From Felis catus (taxonomy: Eukaryota), in NCBI RefSeq assembly GCF_018350175.1, contig NC_058373.1:114020001-114084000 (forward strand): a stretch of DNA of 64,000 nucleotides, read 5' to 3'. The notes under the pieces were generated by a model, which did no database searches, had not been told where the DNA came from, and worked only from the letters and a program-made list of their open reading frames with translations. The position numbers and the translations under genes are program-made. Of the stretch, positions 48,896-60,910 are shown piece after piece (the stretch's first letter is position 1; each line of letters starts with the position of its first letter).

Positions 48896-50427
48896 AAGGA
48901 TCCCCTATCCCCTATGAACATACATACACTCCCTCCCCTGCACTCCTGGGTTCTTAACCCTTATATACTGAGTCCCACGTTAAAGTAAGGTTATTAATGC
49001 CTGCTGCTTGGAATTACTTGCAGAAATTTTCTCCATTTAACCACTGTGGTGTGGCCACCTTCAGTGGTTGCACTAGGTGGAATGCTTTTCTCAAAGAGTG
49101 CAATGAGTCATTGCCTTGAGAGAGCTTTTTCTATCTCTGTTAAGTAATCGTCAGTTATTTCCTGTAACAACGTTGTTCTGTGTGACAACAGAACACCCCT
49201 GAGGAAGAATGAGCTACATGGGACATGGTCCTCTGAATCTTCCCATTTAGTCAGGGGAAATATTGGTCCTTCCTCTCTCAAGTTCCAAGTTCTGGCCTTT
49301 CCAGCCAGCATCTTTTCCATGTTCTGGGTTTGGCTTCAATGTCTGATATTTATTATCAAAGCAGAAAGAAAAGGTCTCTGTGGAGTCTTGCCCACAGTGG
49401 GGACAGACCTGTGCCTACCCTTTCCTGGTCTCCTCGAGTGAGAACCTGCAGGGCCCTGGAGGTACCGTGGTGCACCCTGTAGAGATATCTCTTCCTCATG
49501 GATGATGCAGAATGACATATAAATGATATTTATACCTTTATTCTCTCCTTGCAAAGTCCCTTTCCCCACATAGTAATCAATTTCATGGTTTACCTTTAAA
49601 TTTTTTTCAAAGTTGTGTGTTCTTCTTTGAGAGTATTATCCCAGCACCCTAATGAAGATTCAGTCAGTGTCCCTTGGAATGGGAAACTCTGGCAGTTCTA
49701 TGTTCTCTAACAGGGTTGTAAGCATCTAACCTTTCAATAGCCTCCTTATACCAAGCTGCTCTCCCTTATTTGTAGCTATTTATAGAGTATTCTCTCCAGA
49801 CATACTCTGCTATACTGACCATGCACTGGAGTATTAGGCTCTTCTTTGTGACTGATCTCCATTTCCTACTTATGACCCCATCCTGGCACTAGCCTTACCT
49901 TTTTATACCTCCCTCTTCCCTTTTCTCATTTAGACTTTGCTCCAAGATCCCTGTGATTGGCTTTGCTCAGAATCTATTAGCATTTGATCCTGTTGGCTTG
50001 AGAAGGCCAGTCTGGCTCAGGAACCACCACTAATCTCAGTTTAAATTAAACAGCAGGCATTTCTACCAAAATCTTTTGTCGTCTCTGGGACCCCTGTGCA
50101 TAGGGGGTCTCATTACATGTTGTGTAATTTTGTCCAAAGGCCAAGTATTTTCAAAGAAAACCCACTGAAATAAGTTGGCTAAGTGACTGCTACAGCATCT
50201 GTGGAGTCTTGGTCACTTTTTTCATCTTCAAAAAATCTAATATTTTTCCTCAATTAAGAGATGGTATATGTTACAGCTTAAAATCTTTAGCAATAAATCT
50301 TCTAAGAACTGTAATTATAGTAATAGTCCTTTGTGTATGCTCTAACCATAGACATAGATCCTCTTTTAACTCTTGTATTTTCATCTAGACTAGACCATTA
50401 AGTTTTCTTTGTATTGGCCACTCCCTT

Positions 50428-51345
50428 TTCCTTCCATCCTTCCCTCCTCTTTTTCTACCTTCAAATCTTTTCTGGGTAGACAGGTGTGCCAAATTCTGGG
50501 AATATGAGGTCAAAGCCCAGTTTCCTGCTTTGAAGAACCATAGCAGAAGGAGAATACATATTTGAGAGAGAAAGACATATAAATACATACAGGAAGGTTT
50601 TGAGGGAATTGTGACAGAGTATAGTGTGGGCATCACTATTAGTTAGGATGGTCAGCATTCTTAGCAGGGAAAGCCTGATCAGGGAAGGACTCAGAGGAGA
50701 TTATAATGTTTGAAGTAACACTTGGACAGTGTATCAGGATTTACCAGAAGATGGGTAAGGAGGCTGATAAAACAATATGAACAAAGGCTTTGGGGTGGGA
50801 ACTGTAAATGGTCCTTTAGTGCTACTGAGGAGGCTTATGAGTGTCTGTACAATGGGTAGGTGTGGAGAAATGGAGTCTGTATATAAAGGCAAAGCAAAGA
50901 AAGGTAGGAGAAATCAGACTTGACCCTGAAGGCTCTCAGAAGTCCCATTGAGAGACTCTCAGCTGAGCTATGACATCAGGTCTGTATGTTACAATGCTCT
51001 CTCAGGCAGAAGTTTACCATATGGGTTTGAAATAGGATGCAAGGAAATGAGGACCTGAACCAAAGCAGTGGCCACTGAGATGGAGAAGAAGGAAGAGATA
51101 TGAGATGGTCAGGAGACAGGGTCAGTAGCACTTAAGCACAGAGAGAGAGGATCTGGAAGGTGGGGTTGTTTCTGATGTGAGTAGATGAGGTTATCACCCA
51201 CTGAATGGGCTAGTGCAGGAGAATGAGCAGGCCTGGGAGGGAGAGAAGAGCTGGCCTTGCTTTATGTGATAGTGTGGCTGCTTCCACTCTTCCTCCTAGA
51301 CCTCAATGAGTGCTATCAGCGATTAGCTTGGAGATCAGAAGAGAT
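50428..51345 (-). mobile_element. L2 LINE remnant
   Basis: ttccttccatcc tail; tgtgcca...ctgggaatat...cccagtttcctgc; atcagggaagg; gacttgaccctgaagg; gaggacctgaaccaaagcagtggc. Confidence 0.72.
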
Positions 51346-51747
51346 TTCTTATAATTGTGCAGAATCTTGAGTCAAAATTTTCTCCTTCCCTATACACGCC
51401 CCCCACCATTGCTTCCAGCCCATCATTCTCTTCTCCACCCTCAGCACTATTTCCTTCTTTTAGAACCTGACTTCTACAAAAAGACAATGGTCATCAAAAT
51501 GTGTGAAAAATGAAGTTTGGAAACACCTGCAGGGGAAAGAGAAAGGTATAAACTATTTGCATGAAGCCCCTGAGCTCAGAGAGGAGAAGGCCCTATGGAT
51601 AACTGTGTCTTCGTCTCCAGTGAATTCTGGAAAATTTAAAGTCCAAGCATGTGGAACCACTAACTAATTTGGAGGACCACCAGTTTACGCTTCAAGGTTT
51701 TCTAAAAAATCCCCATTTACAAATTGGGAATCAGGAATCTATTCCTT

Positions 51748-52243
51748 AGTGGGCCATGCCAGTCAATTGCTTCTTTGCTCAGATCCCCTCCCTGCCTTTC
51801 CCCTGCTCTGCTTGGTACCACAGGGAACTGATCCTGCAATCTGTATTTCCCAGGCTCCCTTTCTATTGATTTTGCTCAGTTTGGGGTCCTGGAGAGAGGG
51901 TAGAGGGCAGAAGTATGGGAGAAGCCATGTATTTCTGCCTCCCTCTCTCTGCTTCCAGTGGTGTCTCAGGCAGTAACACTAGTTATCTTTGTGTGGTTCC
52001 AGCTCCACAAAGAGCTGGAGTTGGGCAGCTTCATTCTCTGAGCTCTAGTAACAGCACCTCTTCCCTTGCTCCTCCAGCTCTAAAGATGGCGGTGGCTTCC
52101 TACTGCTGCTAGTGTCTGGGTTGCCTCACTGCCCCTGTTTTCCTTTCGGCTCTTCCAACACATTTGTAACTAGTTTCCAACATTAAATTCTCTCTCTTAA
52201 ACTACATGGGATGAGTCCTGTTTGTCTGATGGACTTTGGTACA
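51748..52243 (+). mobile_element. Solo LTR, LTR33-like (ERVL)
   Basis: ccctgctctg...atttcccaggctccctt...ggagaagccatgtatttct...gctctagtaacagcacctcttcccttgctcctccagc...tggcttcctactgctgctagt...tttgtaactagtt...cattaaattctct. Confidence 0.8.
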
Positions 52244-54047
52244 CTCTATGTAAGCTCTGTGGTTGGCACATGGTTAATATAAGAACCCAAATACTTTCTA
52301 TTGGTCCCGTTCCCCAAAGAGCTCTTCTGCCTACCATGATTCTCCAGCCCCGAGAGTCGGGTTCCTGGGCCGAGTTGTCTTGGAGGGCAAACATTTTGTT
52401 CAGTGCTTCCTGAATGGCATGAGAAAAGGAGCTCTCTTGGCCAAGTCTCCTTCCTGTGGGATTTTCCAAAACTTTCCACTTGTATCTAAGCTCAGGAAAC
52501 ATTTTAATGGCTGGAAATATGCTTGGAAGGGGGGGGGGGTTGAAATCAACAGAATCTCCTCTATAAGAGGTGTGTTGAAATGTTCCGGGGTCTGTACGTA
52601 CACATCAAGACCCTGGGCCTCCCTTGTTGAAAGTATGGCAGACTCCCATCCTTTAATGAGTTCACATGGTGGCAGAGAAGTTGGCAACTTCTGAATGCAA
52701 TGATGACATGGAGCAGAGGAGTAGCTCCAAAGGCCAGAATTCTCTCCAGGAGGGCAAGGATGCTCAATGGTTAGCTGTGTATTTGGATTCTAATTCCAAT
52801 TCACCTCAGATTCTATGAGGAGAATTCTTTGGCCAACAATAGTTGTAAGATTGGTCTAAATCATAATAAATCTTTTCTAAGGCCACTATTACCAATTAAG
52901 TAATGTTCCAGTTTGAGCATTCTGAGATTCTGAGACAATAGGCATTATCCAACTGCAGAGTACATTACTGCTTTTCTTCAAACAGGCCGTGGCTTCACTT
53001 TGCTATATTGACCGCATTTCATAACAACTTTCGGAAGGGTCTCTTGGGAAATGAAGATAATTGTTGTCTTAAAGCATTCATCAGAGAAAAGTAGAAGTGA
53101 AGGAGCTGTACTTGTGTACCTTGTCAGATCCTTCAGTATTGAACCAAGAAGTAAAAAAAGTAACCATCATTTCTAGTCTTTGGGGGAAAAACCCCAGAAA
53201 TTGCTAAGAGACTCTTACATGCTCCATCACTCCAGGGAACAACAGAAACTCCATCCTTTGGAGAATGACTCCGAATCTAATCGCATATTGATTTATTTGG
53301 GCTGTGTCTAGGAAGTCACCCTAATTTTTTTTAGCACAGGAACCAGTAACAAGGACACTTATGTGGTTATCTGATGATGCACAAAACTTCATATACCTTG
53401 GGGTCAGATACATGTTTTATATAGAAGAGTAGGAATGTAATGAAAAGGGAGCAGGTGGTGTGCACCAGTGTGAATAGTTTCTGGTGTTTCTGAAATGTCC
53501 AGCATTGTATGGCATTGTTACTCTTCCTCCTAACTAAGTTTCTTCCATTAGCCTACAAGGGAGCCGATGGAATAAATTATAGCCCCAGAAATAATATGAG
53601 AGGACTTGTTCATCTGAGCACCTCAAAAAGCTAAGATGATTTTTTTTTATCATGTCAGAGATTAAAATTAACTCATGGATTCTGGCATATAACATACATA
53701 TCATACATACATAAGCCTACAGTATTTACCTCCAAGTAGCTAGAAAGAAGAGATTCTCCACTGTGAAAAAAGATAATGATATTTTAGAATTAAGTTCTAA
53801 CTTTGTCTCTAATTAGATATGTGATCTTAGGCAAACAACTATGAGTTGTAGGTGTCTCTTCTACAAAATAGTTAATGATCCAGAAGAAGAAACAACGTCA
53901 TGTTATACTTCATTTACTATTTTGTACAATGAAAATATTCTTCACTGTTTATGGTAGGGCTTGCCACATCATTTGTTTGTGCTAACTATAGGATGCAACC
54001 CTAGCACTTGGCTCAGGTATTTATTTGGCCAATGACTTCCTCCTGTA

Positions 54048-54228
54048 ATGCTTTCTGACCAGAGGACAGAGGAATACCTCTTGGAATTCTCCTGCAGAGC
54101 TTGTTAAAAACTCAGATTCCTTGGCCTTCCCAGACTAAATCGGTAGTGCCATGGGTAGACCTAGGAATCTGCATCTTTACACATTTTCCAGGTGATTCTT
54201 GGGCAACACTAGAGTCTGAGATCCACTG
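54048..54228 (+). mobile_element. MER5A-like
   Basis: gagcttgttaaaaactcagattcc...cctaggaatctgcatcttt...ccaggtgattct...agtctgagatccactg. Confidence 0.75.
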
Positions 54229-54432
54229 CCAACCAACAACATATGTGTACTCTGTGATGTGGGTTGCCTTAACTCTGCTTGCCGTCTGTATTTAGTTTGC
54301 AGTCTGGGTCTTAGCTCTGGGCCTACTACTGGCTAATTTGGTTACACCTTTTCATCTCTCTAGGACTGTTTCCTTATTTATAAAATGTGGGAGCTAGAAT
54401 TCTTGAGTTCTAACAATCCATGAAAATAGTTT

Positions 54433-54635
54433 GAGGGTACCTGGGTGGCTCAGTCAGTTGAGTCTCCAGCTCTTGATTTCAGCTCGGGTCATGATCTCAC
54501 AGTTTTGTGAGTTTGAGCCCTGAGTTGTGTTCTGTGCTGATGGCTCAGAACCTGCTTGGGATTCTCTGTCTCCCTTTCTCTCTGCCCCTCCTCCACTTGC
54601 ACTCTATCTCTCTCTCTCTCTCAAAATAAATAAAC
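54433..54635 (+). mobile_element. CAN-SINE
   Basis: gagggtacctgggtggctcag head, CT tract, aaaataaataaac tail. Confidence 0.95.
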
Positions 54636-54680
54636 AGTGACCTGTAAGAGTTACTGAACCTACCTTACCAAATACTATTC

Positions 54681-54888
54681 CTTTTTTTAAAAAAAAAAAG
54701 TTTTTAATGTTTATTTATTTTGAGAGAGAGAGAGCAAGTGAGCATGCTTGAGGGAGGGGCAGAGAGAGAGAGGGAGATGCAGAATCTGAAGCAGGCTCCA
54801 GGGTCTGAGCTAACAGCTCAAGCTGTGAGATCATGACCTGAGCCAAAGTCAGAGAGAGGCTTAACCGACTGAGCCACCTAGGTGCCCC
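54681..54888 (-). mobile_element. CAN-SINE with internal deletion
   Basis: Inverted SINEC; TSD accaaatactat / accaaatcctat. Confidence 0.93.
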
Positions 54889-54904
54889 ACCAAATCCTAT
54901 CTCT

Positions 54905-55095
54905 TGAAAGCCTACTATGTGCTGGGCATTGTTTAACTTCTACATGTGCTTCATTTATTCTGTAACCTATGATATCCATACTATCATTCATACTTGACAC
55001 CTAAGGAACTGAGGCTTGGAAAAGTGAAGTAACTTGTCCAAGACTATTTAGTTAATAAGTGGAGCTGTAGTGGAGTGGGATTAAACTGAGGTCAT
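54905..55095 (-). mobile_element. MIR remnant
   Basis: gcctactatgtgctgggcattg...aggaactgaggcttgg...gtgaagtaacttgtccaag. Confidence 0.8.
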
Positions 55096-56177
55096 AAACA
55101 TGTGAAGAATCGCCTGGGTTCCTTTGCCCCAAAGCTTCTAAAGGCCCAGGGCTTGTCCGGCATGCCGCTCATTCACCCTATGTTCCACTCTCCCAGCAGA
55201 GGAGGCTGGTTTTGGTTTCCTTAGATGTTTACTTGGCCTCTTGCTTAAGCATTTGCTTTTCCTATTCAATAACAGTGAAAGGACCAAAAAAAAAAGAAAA
55301 AGAAAGAAAAAAACTCCTAGGGCTGGAAACATTTTGTTTCCTGCAAAAAGAATATTTTGCAGCCAGCTCTGCGGTTGAAAGTATTTTTCCTGTGGTCTGG
55401 GGATGGGTTGGATCCCATCTCTTCTTGGCCAGTGTCTGAGAACTCAGCCTGTGGCTTCCCATCAAGTCGGTGCACAGTATGCTGCATTTTTTAAACGAGT
55501 GTCTAGTGATGTTGAGTGGAGCACAAGTGGACCGAGAGTCTGTTTGGGTGCATAAGAATGTGTACATGTACCTCTGGCATTCTCAGGGCAGAGAGAACCT
55601 GGGAGTGGTTGTCCACATGCTGTACATATCAACATAGCTTTTACGTTTTCATCACTCACGCGACAACCAAACAAATTCAGATGCTGACCAAACAAGAGGA
55701 GAGTGATATGTGAGCCTTGTGTAGATTTTGCAAGGAATGAGAAAGCCAAGGAATCTGAGATTTTGCTCTGTCACGTTTCTTTCCATCTTCAAATGTTCAA
55801 AACTAAGACATGGGGCTAGTTTGATTAGATGATGGGGTGGTCTGATGGTAATTCAGAAAATGGGAATTCTGAAGTCTGCCTCCATCCTGGCCACTGCAGA
55901 ATTTAAGACACTGACCTTTGCCCGCCTTACATAAGTCTTTTCTCAAGGACCACATTTTCCAAAAACGCAAAGTTGTTAAAAAAAAAAAAAAAAAGCTGTG
56001 TCCTTCAAATAATAAAAGCTCTTCTAGTAAAAGATGAATTTTGAACATTCAAATAGAATGCACAGATAAGTATTCCTAGTGCTAAGTACCTTTTCTTTAC
56101 TCATAATTTAGTATTTACTTATCATTGAGATGTTTCCAGTAAGATTTTGTACTGTGTGGTAATGCCTAGAACCTTCC

Positions 56178-56468
56178 AGCCTGACTTCCTTTGTTCATGC
56201 TATACCTGCCTGGAATGTACTTCACTTGAAGAAACCCTACTTTTTCTGCGTAGCCTGGCCTTGATGATATCATTTTTTTTTTTTTTTTTACATTCTTCTC
56301 AACCACCATGAAAAAGTGACTCTCTGGGTTTCCTTTGTACAGGGTTGTAAGTGCAATTACCTGCTGCCATTTCCCTCTATGTTAGGTGTTCAGCTGAATT
56401 AGAAGGCAGGGCTGACTCACTCCTAAAAATCCCAGCAGAGAGCAGATGCCCAACATGTATTTGTCAAC
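56178..56468 (+). mobile_element. L2 3' remnant
   Basis: cctttgttcatgct...ctgcctggaatg...gaaggcaggg...cagatgcccaacatgtatttgt. Confidence 0.55.
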
Positions 56469-57529
56469 CTAAAGGAAAGAAACGTCTCCAAAGACAAGCT
56501 ACTATTTGTGACTTCAGAATTCTCCTGTATAAGTCCTCTATGTAGCTTTCCATCTGGAGACATGTTTTGGAAGTCAAAGCATCATAGCAGCCAAGGAGAA
56601 AAGTTATAGTCACTGCATTTTGGGGCATTGTTTGAAGAAACAAGCAAATGGAAGGAGTTATGAATCTTTTTGTTTGTACATTTTAGTGGAGGGAAATGTT
56701 AGGGAAGATTTGAAAAGTTATTGGAATAGAAATTAAACTATCAAGAGTGTTTCATTTTAGAGAGGCAGGGATTGAGATGGATAGACCCCATGCCCATATT
56801 GAGCATTGGTGGCATTGGCTACAGGGTTGCACCTACCCTAAGATCAGAAACTGGCCCATCCAAGTCAGCCCGTGGGAAAGAATCACCACAGGGAGATCAG
56901 GGTTCACCAGTGGGGAAAAGCTGGCATTTGCTCCATTTCGTCACATAAGGCAGTGGAACTATTCTCACGGTAGGGTTTGGGGTGGGGTTGGGGTAGTGGT
57001 GGTGAATTTAGTAAACCAGTTTTCCGATGACGGGGATGTTTCTGTTTTTACCCCTTAACAATGAGACAACAACCCAAATAACAGATCCCTCAGTACGTTG
57101 AAATGCCAAGGCTAAATGAACTGGTGGAACTTTGTGGCTTTGGCTCTTGGCTTACAGGCGTATCCATGCATTGGGGCCATGGCTTGGCAGTAGACAAAGC
57201 GGCTGTGTGGGTCCTCAGGGAGCTCTCTCTGGCTCTGTGGTTTTCTTTGATATGCAATTGAACTTTGGCAAATTTTTCCTCTCAAGTCTGTGTTTATGAG
57301 GTCCAGAGGTAGGCAGAGACCCTCATTATGGAGCCTAAAGCCAACAGCAAACTAGAACTACAGGATGTCCTCCCACATTCACACTCTGCTTGTAGGCTAC
57401 AGAGCTGGCCCACAGGCTTACAACAAAGGGACAAGTCAGGGAAAGAGACTGCTGACTTGTCTTCCCAGCTTCACAAGGTTCTGAGCTTCACACGGCTCTA
57501 AGCACATCTATCAAGTGCTTAAACATTTA

Positions 57530-57640
57530 CCATTATATATGCAATTATCCATTTAATTATCACACTTCTGTAAGGCAGCTACTATTATTCCCATTTTACA
57601 GGTGAGGGAACTAAGGCACAAAGAGGTTAAGTAATTGTTA
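57530..57640 (-). mobile_element. MIR remnant
   Basis: actattattcccattttacaggtgagggaactaaggcacaaagaggttaagtaatt. Confidence 0.85.
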
Positions 57641-58202
57641 GTTGTTGTTGTTCCTAATTATTATTCACAAGGTTAAGGTATACCTCTGCAGATATATCTT
57701 AAAATCAACTGGCTTTCCTGAATCCCTACTTCCTCCGTCTGTATCACTGGGCCACAGATCATAAAATTACTGGCTTTAGTATACTTAGCATTCTTAATTG
57801 TGGACTCACCTTAAATTGTAACTAGGTTTTGGCCATTTTCAAGTCATATTATTCTTATATTGGAAAATCTATAATTAGGACTTTTCCAAAGTCATGAATA
57901 GGTATAAAGAAAGTGATAAATTTGGTTAACAAGTGGGATCACCCATCCTACTAAATTTGCACAGTAGAGAGAAAGCCATGTGGTATTGGGTTGAGAAGAA
58001 TATAAGAAATTGGAGTGGGGGGGGGAAGAAATTGGAGGTGGGGATCAAGCCATCAAGATAAAGCCAATGGACTCCAGAGAGCCTGAGACAAGACTCAGCA
58101 CCATGGTTTGCATCTAGGCTATGGCTACGCACCTTCTTTTCTACCTATTTCTGTAGGAAAGAGCCTTTACTCTTTCTACAACTGCCCCAGGGAATGCTGG
58201 TA

Positions 58203-58436
58203 GTAACATTAACAGCTGCCATTTTTTGTGACCAGCACATGAAGAGAGCTACACAAAGATTTTCTTTGTGTTTTTACAATAACACCATGAAGTGGGCATG
58301 ATTACCCTGATTTTACAGATAGGAAAATAGGCTCAGAGAAGTTAAAAAATGTTCTGAAGCTTAAAACACTTAATAATTGATAGAAAAAGAAGTCAAACTC
58401 AGGTCTGTTCAACTCTAAAGTGACTTTTAACCGCTA
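58203..58436 (-). mobile_element. MIR remnant
   Basis: acaataacaccatgaagtggg...attttacagataggaaaataggctcagagaagttaa...aaactcaggtctg. Confidence 0.8.
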
Positions 58437-58458
58437 GATTGTTTAGCTTCATAAAGAT

Positions 58459-59025
58459 CATGGTAGACATCTGGTATTTTTGTTTGCCCTTGATCTCTTA
58501 CCCCTTCTTTTAATACCCGCACCCTGATTTTCTTATAAGAAAATGCACCTCTTCAATTTTAAGCCTGGATTATCTAGATAGGACTGATTGTACTCACTGT
58601 CTAGAGGTCTGACCAAAGGAAGAATCACATACCATTTCTATGGAGATTGGTTTGCAGTAATCAGTTAACTCAAGCTAAGTCGATTAGAGTAAACCCAGGA
58701 CTTTGCTGGAACAGATGGAGTTGCTAAATTGGTAGAATATAAGCCTGGAGCTCCTGGTGGCCATTTTGGATACTGTACAAAGGGAACACACTTGAGAATG
58801 TCAGTGAAGTCAACCCAGAGGGAAACAAAACCAAGAGATTGAGAAAATGTTCCATGGGGAAGAAGGGTAAGTTCTGAAGTCATCATTTGAGGCCCTGGAT
58901 CCAACTGTGCCTCAGGTCAATTACCCCTGAACATTCCAATTACGTAAGCCAGTAAGTTTCCTTTTTTGTTTAGTCTCAGTTGCATTGCTGTGCCTTACAA
59001 CAGAAAGAGCACCGAGTAGCATACA
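58459..59025 (+). mobile_element. Solo LTR, MLT1K-like (ERVL-MaLR)
   Basis: tggtagacatctg...gcaccctgattttc...gattggtt...taagcctggagct...tggccattttg...atttgaggccctggatccaactgtgcct...ttacgtaagccagtaagtttcc...caacagaaagagc...ataca. Confidence 0.85.
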
Positions 59026-59142
59026 CATTGGATGCTCATAGTTATGTACAAATGTGAAGCCAGAAAACTTTAATGATGAGAAACTTTATTATTAAATTGG
59101 TGTTTATATCCTCCTATTAGGTAGAGACCAGTTATGATTAAG

Positions 59143-59358
59143 TTTTTTAATGTTTATTTATTTTGAGAGAGAGAGGGAAAACACGTGCATATGAGCAGGG
59201 GAGGGGCAGAGAAAGAGGTAGGGAGAGAGAATCCCAAGCAGGCTCTGTGCTGTAAGTGAGGAGCCCAACACTGGGTTCGATATCATGAACCTCAAAATCA
59301 TGACCTGAGCTGAAATCAAGAGTTGGATGCTCAAATGACTGAGCCACCCAGGTACCCC
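59143..59358 (-). mobile_element. CAN-SINE
   Basis: Perfect 16-bp TSD agaccagttatgatta (59125-59140 and 59360-59375). Confidence 0.98.
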
Positions 59359-60799
59359 AAGACCAGTTATGATTATTCAGGTTCATCTTCCTCCTTTCTC
59401 GGTGATTCCATCCTTGGCCTTTTCTCTTCCTCCCTTTATGTTTGCCCTTTTCCTCCTTCATTTTCTTATGGCCTTTTCATTATTCACCTCCACTACTGTA
59501 GAGAGAAAAAAAGCATGAAACTTGTATTAAACAGCTTTACTGGTTTATAAGGCTCTTTGAAAAGTTTCAGATAAAAAGTGACTTAAAAGCAATTAAAAAA
59601 TCATTTTTGGGTTTTAGTTAGCTGTGTCTTATTTGCCACATATTAAGCTTTATGAAAGTCCTTGATGTCATTTCTTCCATGGCAAAAGTACAACCTTTTC
59701 TGGTTTAGTCTCACTTAATCATTAATGATGGGCTGTAAAATATTCTTTCCAGTTCAAAAGTGGCATCAAATAAGTAACTAAGATGACATTAGTAATAATT
59801 TTGGAAATGTGGTCATTTAGCAAGCTGGCATTTACTGAACATGTACCATGTACTGGACTAGGCTCTGGAAAAAGCAAAGGAGAGTAAAACATAGTTTTTA
59901 AAATCTAGCTGGATCGGCAGGCCTAGGAACCACTGACCATAATGTAGTGTGATGGGCAGGAAGATAGTAAAAACATTTCACAACTAGTTCTACGTAGGAA
60001 GGAACTAGGCAGAACAGATGCCAGGTTTGGGGGAAGTGGGTTCTGGAGCTACCCCCTCCCCCTGTGCCAAGCAGTTAATGCCTTAGTTTCTGGATGCTGT
60101 AGGAGGGTCCTACACTGGCGAAGCAAGGGGGCCCTTGGGGACCTTAGGAACAGCAGCTATTTGGCAAATGGTATGGCAGTATTTCAGTATTTTAACAACT
60201 GGAATGGGTTGAGTAAGCCTGGGAGTCATTTGATAATCAAGGCCTCATAATGGAGGCAAAGAGAGGGGTGACTTTACATAGAGGAGTTGACATTTGAGCT
60301 GGGCTTTAACAGAGTTCATTCGGGGAAGAGAGAACAGTCCCTAAAATGTTAAGGTGTGCCTGCCATGTTTTAATCAGCAGAATCAGGCTGAGTGATCAGG
60401 AGGGAGAGAGGAGAGGAGAGACTGGAGCAGTGAGTTGGCCCAGGTTGGGAAGGAGCCACAAAAGCGTTTGAAAAATAGACACTAGGGAGCTAAGCATGGA
60501 TTTCAGGAGGTTATGAATGTGGTAGGACTTTTGGGTTATATACAGGAGTCTTGCTTGTCTGATGGAGAGAGAAAATTCAGTTTAAGATTATGGAGCTATA
60601 TGAGCTATATACTCTACCAGGATACCACTGATCTGGGAAAGCTAGAAGCACAGGCATTTAAACCACAAAAGCCTTGGACCGTTGTTCACCCTAAAGCAAG
60701 GAGCGGGGAAGCAAGTATTTTTCAGCATATGTCCTCTTCTGGATTCCTGAGGCCTTCTGGGTTACTTCAAAGCTGTCCATTTAGTTTCTTAGGAGCAGG

Positions 60800-60910
60800 G
60801 CCCTCATCATATACATCTTTGTTTTCCCTACTGTCTAACTCAGTACCTGGGACATAGGAGGTTCTCAGTAAATATTTGTTGAATTAGTATAACATTAAAT
60901 AATTCATTCA
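60800..60910 (+). mobile_element. L2 3' terminus
   Basis: tctaactcagtacctgggacataggaggttctcagtaaatatttgttgaat. Confidence 0.75.

Noticed and set aside
58094..58114. REST/NRSE site (ctcagcaccatgg)
   Set aside because: The left half matches but the right half (GGACAGCGCC) is absent
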